Shown here one piece after another: positions 38,519 through 42,462 of a stretch of 42,462 nt of DNA. Each line of letters begins with the position of its first letter. The first letter of the stretch is position 1. This stretch comes from Deinococcales bacterium. Its GTDB lineage: Bacteria; Deinococcota; Deinococci; Deinococcales; JAAFIG01. A model generated the notes under the pieces. That model was not told the DNA's origin. It was given only the letters and a program-made list of their open reading frames with translations, and ran no database searches. The translations under genes and the position numbers were made by a program. Location of the stretch: assembly GCA_043778225.1 (NCBI GenBank), contig JAYWGM010000014.1:1-42462 (forward strand), written 5' to 3'.

Positions 38519-39001
38519 ATGAGCATACATCCCGAAACAAGAATTGGACACATTCACCTCAAAGTCAGTAACCTCGAGCGCAGTTTGGCTTTCTACCGCG
38601 ATTTACTTGGCTTTGAAGTGACGATGCGATTTGGCGATAGTGCTGCCTTTTTATCGGCTGGCGGCTACCACCATCATATTGGCTTAAACACTTGGGAAAG
38701 CCTTGGCGCAGCCCCACCGCCACGGCGCAGCACTGGTTTGTACCACACCGCGATTTTATACCCAAACCGCCAAGAACTCGCCAAAGCGCTACAAAAGTTG
38801 CTCGAGAACAATTATCCACTTTCGGGTGCGTCTGACCACGGTGTTTCCGAAGCCATTTATTTAGATGACCCAGATGGCAATGGTGTCGAATTGTACCGAG
38901 ACCGACCTGTGGCTGAGTATCCTCGAGATGCCAACGGCGACCTTGTTATGGGTAATAAAGCCTTTGACTTACAACAACTTTTAACTGAAATTAAAAAGTA
39001 A
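38519..39001 (+). CDS. VOC-family protein (CatE-like)
   Basis: IGHIHLKV, GGYHHHIGLNTW, GLYH.A, DHGVSEAIYLDDPDGNGVELY. Confidence 0.9.
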   Translation: MSIHPETRIGHIHLKVSNLERSLAFYRDLLGFEVTMRFGDSAAFLSAGGYHHHIGLNTWESLGAAPPPRRSTGLYHTAILYPNRQELAKALQKLLENNYPLSGASDHGVSEAIYLDDPDGNGVELYRDRPVAEYPRDANGDLVMGNKAFDLQQLLTEIKK

Positions 39002-39003
39002 CT

Positions 39004-39309
39004 TCAGTCTTTGTCTATTGTTTGGCTCGGTTCGATAACTGTTTGATTGTTTATCGCAGCAACCAGACCCGCGTTTTGTGACATTCCGCCAACGCTTGCG
39101 CCAGCTAAACCAGCCGCAATGACTGCCGCAGGCAAGAAAGCCGATGTTGGGGCTGAGGAATCGGTTTCCTCACTCGAGATTCCTCGCAGCATTTGCTTTG
39201 CCTCTTCGTGGCTCATTGAGAACTCGGCAGCGACTTTTGCCTCGAGTTCTTGGGTGTCGAGATTGTCCTGCATTTTTACAAATGCTTTTACGTCCTGTAG
39301 AGTTGCCAT
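39004..39309 (-). CDS. Hypothetical protein
   Basis: MATLQDVKAF... acidic helical part plus Ala/Gly-rich segment; TAAGGT 7 nt upstream. Confidence 0.55.
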   Translation of the reverse strand: MATLQDVKAFVKMQDNLDTQELEAKVAAEFSMSHEEAKQMLRGISSEETDSSAPTSAFLPAAVIAAGLAGASVGGMSQNAGLVAAINNQTVIEPSQTIDKD

Positions 39310-39361
39310 GCCGTAAACCTTAAAGCCAAAAGCTGAATTGAAACTGAAAATAGGAGAACCC

Positions 39362-39982
39362 ATGAATCAACTGCACCAAGGTCTGTCCCCAGTTATGCTT
39401 GGCAACCCAGAAACCGCCCAAAAAGCCGTGATTATGCTGCACGGACGCGGCTCGAGTCCAGAGGATATTCTCAGTTTGGCTTCGCATTTTGAGGCTACCG
39501 ATACGCTCTTTGTCGCGCCTCGAGCCAGAAATAACACTTGGTATCCACAGCGCTTTATTCGCCCGAGTGCCGAAAACGAACCTTGGCTGACTTCGGCACT
39601 CGAGACCATCTCGGATTGCATTGCCCAGTTTGGCTTACCGCTCGAGAAAATGGTGCTGCTTGGATTTTCGCAAGGCGCGTGTCTTGCCCTCGAGTATGCA
39701 GTGCGGCGTGGCGGGCGTTTTGGTGGAATCATTGCCTTTTCGGGCGGTTTAATTGGCTCAGATTCCGAAGTCGGCGCACTTGGAAAGCCGTTGCTCGAGA
39801 CTCCAGTTTTTATTGGCTGCGACGAGAATGATTTTCATATTGATTTGGCTCGAGTAGAGGAGAGCAGCCGTATTTTTGAGCGCCTTGGGGCAAAAGTGGA
39901 CACCCGAATTTATCAGGGTTTAGGGCATACGATCAATAGCGACGAATTCGAGGCAGCAAAAAGTTTAATTGACACGCTTTGA
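39362..39982 (+). CDS. Phospholipase/carboxylesterase alpha/beta hydrolase
   Basis: MLHGRG, TWYP, LGFSQGACLALE, GLGHTI; AGGAG RBS. Confidence 0.92.
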   Translation: MNQLHQGLSPVMLGNPETAQKAVIMLHGRGSSPEDILSLASHFEATDTLFVAPRARNNTWYPQRFIRPSAENEPWLTSALETISDCIAQFGLPLEKMVLLGFSQGACLALEYAVRRGGRFGGIIAFSGGLIGSDSEVGALGKPLLETPVFIGCDENDFHIDLARVEESSRIFERLGAKVDTRIYQGLGHTINSDEFEAAKSLIDTL

Positions 39983-39994
39983 AATTTGCCAGAC

Positions 39995-40033
39995 TTGACA
40001 TCACCTGGTTTTGTAACTACATTGTACCTACAA
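39995..40033 (+). promoter_or_regulatory. mazEF-like promoter with tandem palindromic operator
   Basis: TTGACA-17-TACATT; TGTAACTACA and TTGTACCTACAA palindromes over the -10. Confidence 0.75.
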
Positions 40034-40045
40034 GAAGAGGTGTTT

Positions 40046-40306
40046 ATGCAGGCTGTCCGTTCGCAATTGGTTAAAATTGGTAATTCTCAAGGTGTTCGTA
40101 TTCCTAAAGTGATGCTCGAGCAATTGGATTTTTCTGGTGGAGTTGAACTCGTTATTTTAGATAAACAACTCATTGTACGTTCTAAACGAGTTCCGCGGCA
40201 AGGTTGGGCGGAACAATTTAAGCTCATGCACGAGCTAGGTGCAGATACTTTGCTTGACCCCGAAATTATTGAAACCAGTTGGGAAAAAGAAGAATGGCAG
40301 TGGTGA
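40046..40306 (+). CDS. AbrB/MazE-family antitoxin
   Basis: LVKIGNSQGVRIPK, PRQGW, EEWQW; GAGGTG RBS. Confidence 0.9.
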   Translation: MQAVRSQLVKIGNSQGVRIPKVMLEQLDFSGGVELVILDKQLIVRSKRVPRQGWAEQFKLMHELGADTLLDPEIIETSWEKEEWQW

Positions 40307-40617
40307 GTCGTTTTGAAGTTTACTTGGTCAATCTCGAGCCAACCTTTGGAGCAGAGATTCAAAAACCCCGTCCCTGTGCAATTGTTTCTCCAGATGAAAT
40401 CAATGACTATCTTCAAACCGTTATTGTCGCTCCGATGACCACAAAAACTCGAAGTCTTCCAAGTCGGGTTGCTTGCAAATTTGAAGATAAAGATGCTTTT
40501 ATTGTCCTCGACCAATTACGAACTTTAGATAAACTCAGGCTCGGAAAATACCTAGGCAAACTAGACCTTGAAACCCAAGAAGACGTGCTTGGTGTACTGC
40601 GTGAATTGTTTGAGTAA
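40294..40617 (+). CDS. PemK/MazF-family toxin
   Basis: RFEVYLVNLEP..GAEIQK.RPC, APMTT, DQLRTLDK.RL. Confidence 0.93.
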   Translation: MAVVSRFEVYLVNLEPTFGAEIQKPRPCAIVSPDEINDYLQTVIVAPMTTKTRSLPSRVACKFEDKDAFIVLDQLRTLDKLRLGKYLGKLDLETQEDVLGVLRELFE

Positions 40618-40644
40618 AGTGACAGCATAAACGGGTTGCCTTTT

Positions 40645-41016
40645 TTAATTTTCCATCAAAAGTAAATCTGTTGCTCCAGCTAAACCTGCTCCGATAATTA
40701 AAAGCCATGAAAACCAGTTGTTAAATTGATTTTTGCTATGGTGACGTAACAGAAAATGTGCAAGTATATGAATGATAAAAAACAGATTCAAGCCATTCAC
40801 CAAATCTAGATTGATGGTATTAAGTCCACCCCTAAACAGTCCCCAAAATAAGGCTATATAAAGTGGGATATGCAGTGCTGTGAAGACCAGAAACCCAAGT
40901 TGGTCATCCTGAATTTTAGATAGAACAGGCATTATGCGCCATTCTTTACGAGCAACGGCATCCATTTCATGCGTCAGGATAAATGCTAAACCAAGCCAAA
41001 AGAAAAAATGATTCAT
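40645..41016 (-). CDS. Small four-TM membrane protein (DUF6713-like)
   Basis: LTHEMDAV..KEWR, F..LHIPL; AT-rich. Confidence 0.7.
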   Translation of the reverse strand: MNHFFFWLGLAFILTHEMDAVARKEWRIMPVLSKIQDDQLGFLVFTALHIPLYIALFWGLFRGGLNTINLDLVNGLNLFFIIHILAHFLLRHHSKNQFNNWFSWLLIIGAGLAGATDLLLMEN

Positions 41017-41041
41017 TAAATCTTCGGAAATAGAACGCGAT

Positions 41042-42358
41042 TCATCTTGTTAGTTCCTTTCTGGCGGTGCTAACCACATCGGTCAGCCTTAAATCTGCCC
41101 AGCCTTTTGAAGTCCCAATAGCGCGTTCGTACACCTCGAGAATCCGCTTGGTCATGGTGGTGTGCGAACCCTCAACAAAGGCAAAGGTTCTGGCGGCTGC
41201 CGCAAACTCGAGGCGCTTGGCTTCGTTTTGTAAGAGTTCCACGGCTCGAGTGGCAAAGGCTTGTGGGTCGGCTGGGTCTACCAAATAACCCGTTTTGCCG
41301 TCCAAGACACAAGTAATTATCCCCATTTCGGCTCGAGCCACGACTGGGCAACTGCAGGCGTTGGCTTCGAGCGCCACCAGTCCTTGGGTCTCCGAGGTGC
41401 TGGCAAAAACAAAAAGGTCGGCGTGTTGATAATAGCCACTGACTTGGGAATTTGGCACATAGCCAGTAAAGGTCACGGCTTTTTCGAGTTTAAGTTGCTT
41501 GGTGTACTGTTCTAAAAACTTACGTTCAGGTCCATCGCCAACAATAATCAGGTGCGTTTCGGGCATGGCAGCATGAATTAACTTAAACCGCTCGAGCAGT
41601 GCATCTATCGATTTTTCTTTGCCGATTCTTGAGACGGTTAATAAGCGTTTGACCCCATTTGGAATACCGTGCTTTGGAAATGGGTCTGGTTTAGGGGCTG
41701 CCAGTGCCTCAAGGTTAATCCCGTTTGGCACAACCGAAATGGGGCTTTGTACCCCCATTTCGACCAATTCGTCTGCCATTGGTGCAGCCGGCGAAATAAT
41801 CTCGAGGTTGCGATTGCACAGCCACTGGTCAATTCGGGCGGCTAAGGCTTGGGTGCGGTGTTCTAGACCATCGGCTAAACGTTGCGAAACCTGTTTGCGG
41901 CTTCTCGAGCCACGGACATACCAACGGTTATCGTTCATCAGCCAAGACATCGTGGCATAGAACGGCGCGTAATGCACATAATCACGAAATCTGGTGTGAT
42001 AAGTCATGACGACGGGGACATTCAGCAATCTGCCGATGCCCAAGCCAATGACTGGCATGACCACGCCATGGGTATGAATAATATCAAAGCGCTTTTGGCG
42101 AAACTCGAGAATTTTGCGTAAACTCGGCGGAAAGGCATAGCGCTGCTCAGGCTGAGGGCGATAAGTCGTTGAACGAATCCGAATCACGCCTTGCTCGATG
42201 ATTTGCTGCGGGTGCTTGGGGGCAACGACCGTTACCACATGACCCATTTCCTCGAGACCGCGTTTTAGATTAACCACGCTGGTGACTACGCCGTTAATCT
42301 GAGGCGTGTAAGTATCGGTAAAAAGAGCAATATGCAGAGCGCGTTTTGTTTCGGGCAT
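41042..42358 (-). CDS. Glycosyltransferase family 4
   Basis: FTDTYTPQINGV, TYHT, SRIGKEK, GDGP, ETQGLV.LEA; TATAAT 7 nt before ATG 42358. Confidence 0.93.
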   Translation of the reverse strand: MPETKRALHIALFTDTYTPQINGVVTSVVNLKRGLEEMGHVVTVVAPKHPQQIIEQGVIRIRSTTYRPQPEQRYAFPPSLRKILEFRQKRFDIIHTHGVVMPVIGLGIGRLLNVPVVMTYHTRFRDYVHYAPFYATMSWLMNDNRWYVRGSRSRKQVSQRLADGLEHRTQALAARIDQWLCNRNLEIISPAAPMADELVEMGVQSPISVVPNGINLEALAAPKPDPFPKHGIPNGVKRLLTVSRIGKEKSIDALLERFKLIHAAMPETHLIIVGDGPERKFLEQYTKQLKLEKAVTFTGYVPNSQVSGYYQHADLFVFASTSETQGLVALEANACSCPVVARAEMGIITCVLDGKTGYLVDPADPQAFATRAVELLQNEAKRLEFAAAARTFAFVEGSHTTMTKRILEVYERAIGTSKGWADLRLTDVVSTARKELTR

Positions 42359-42367
42359 GAAGTATAT

Positions 42368-42462
42368 TATACCAACTTTAGGTAGATAATACGGAATGTC
42401 AAGATTAGGCACACCTCTGACCGCGCACCACACAACTGAAGAACTCGAGAAGCATTACAAGC
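42368..42462 (+). mobile_element. Possible left end of an IS630-family element (truncated by window)
   Basis: TA-TACCAACT... followed by ATG 42396, MSRLGTPLTAHHTTEELEKHYK, resembling the H(L/T)xxEELExxY start of IS630 transposases; only 22 codons visible. Confidence 0.35.

Noticed and set aside
39990..40001. CAGACTTGACAT shared with the ncRNA promoter (14738-14749)
   Set aside because: Half of the match is the -35 consensus; too short to support common origin.

Overview
A gene-dense chromosomal segment from a Deinococcota bacterium with moderate GC. The lineage call rests on DdrO, a DdrA-like gene, RDRM operators, an HspR HAIR box and many apparently leaderless genes. Housekeeping genes include gltX, ribF, recX, lepB, ftsH, clpB, argF, queG, fmt, def, aat and anmK. 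They are interspersed with small accessory modules: three type II TA pairs (one with a frameshifted toxin), two Uma2 genes and a possible IS630 left end at the window edge. The palindrome CTCGAG is hugely over-represented throughout. The standout is an AT-rich, CTCGAG-free cassette at about 14740-15450. It holds a promoter- and terminator-bounded structured RNA of about 120 nt resembling E. coli SroH, converging on a YjaZ/HtrC homologue. This is the same RNA-protein pairing found in E. coli, which suggests an uncharacterised, horizontally mobile ncRNA-protein system, possibly an RNA-antitoxin TA or defence module. Also notable are a ddrO-divergent RDRM-controlled operon with a Cys-rich DdrA-like protein, a circularly permuted choice-of-anchor I protein and 24-bp-period duplications of gene 3' ends. 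Comparisons to named proteins and RNAs are from memory and need database confirmation. Several start codons were re-assigned by eye.
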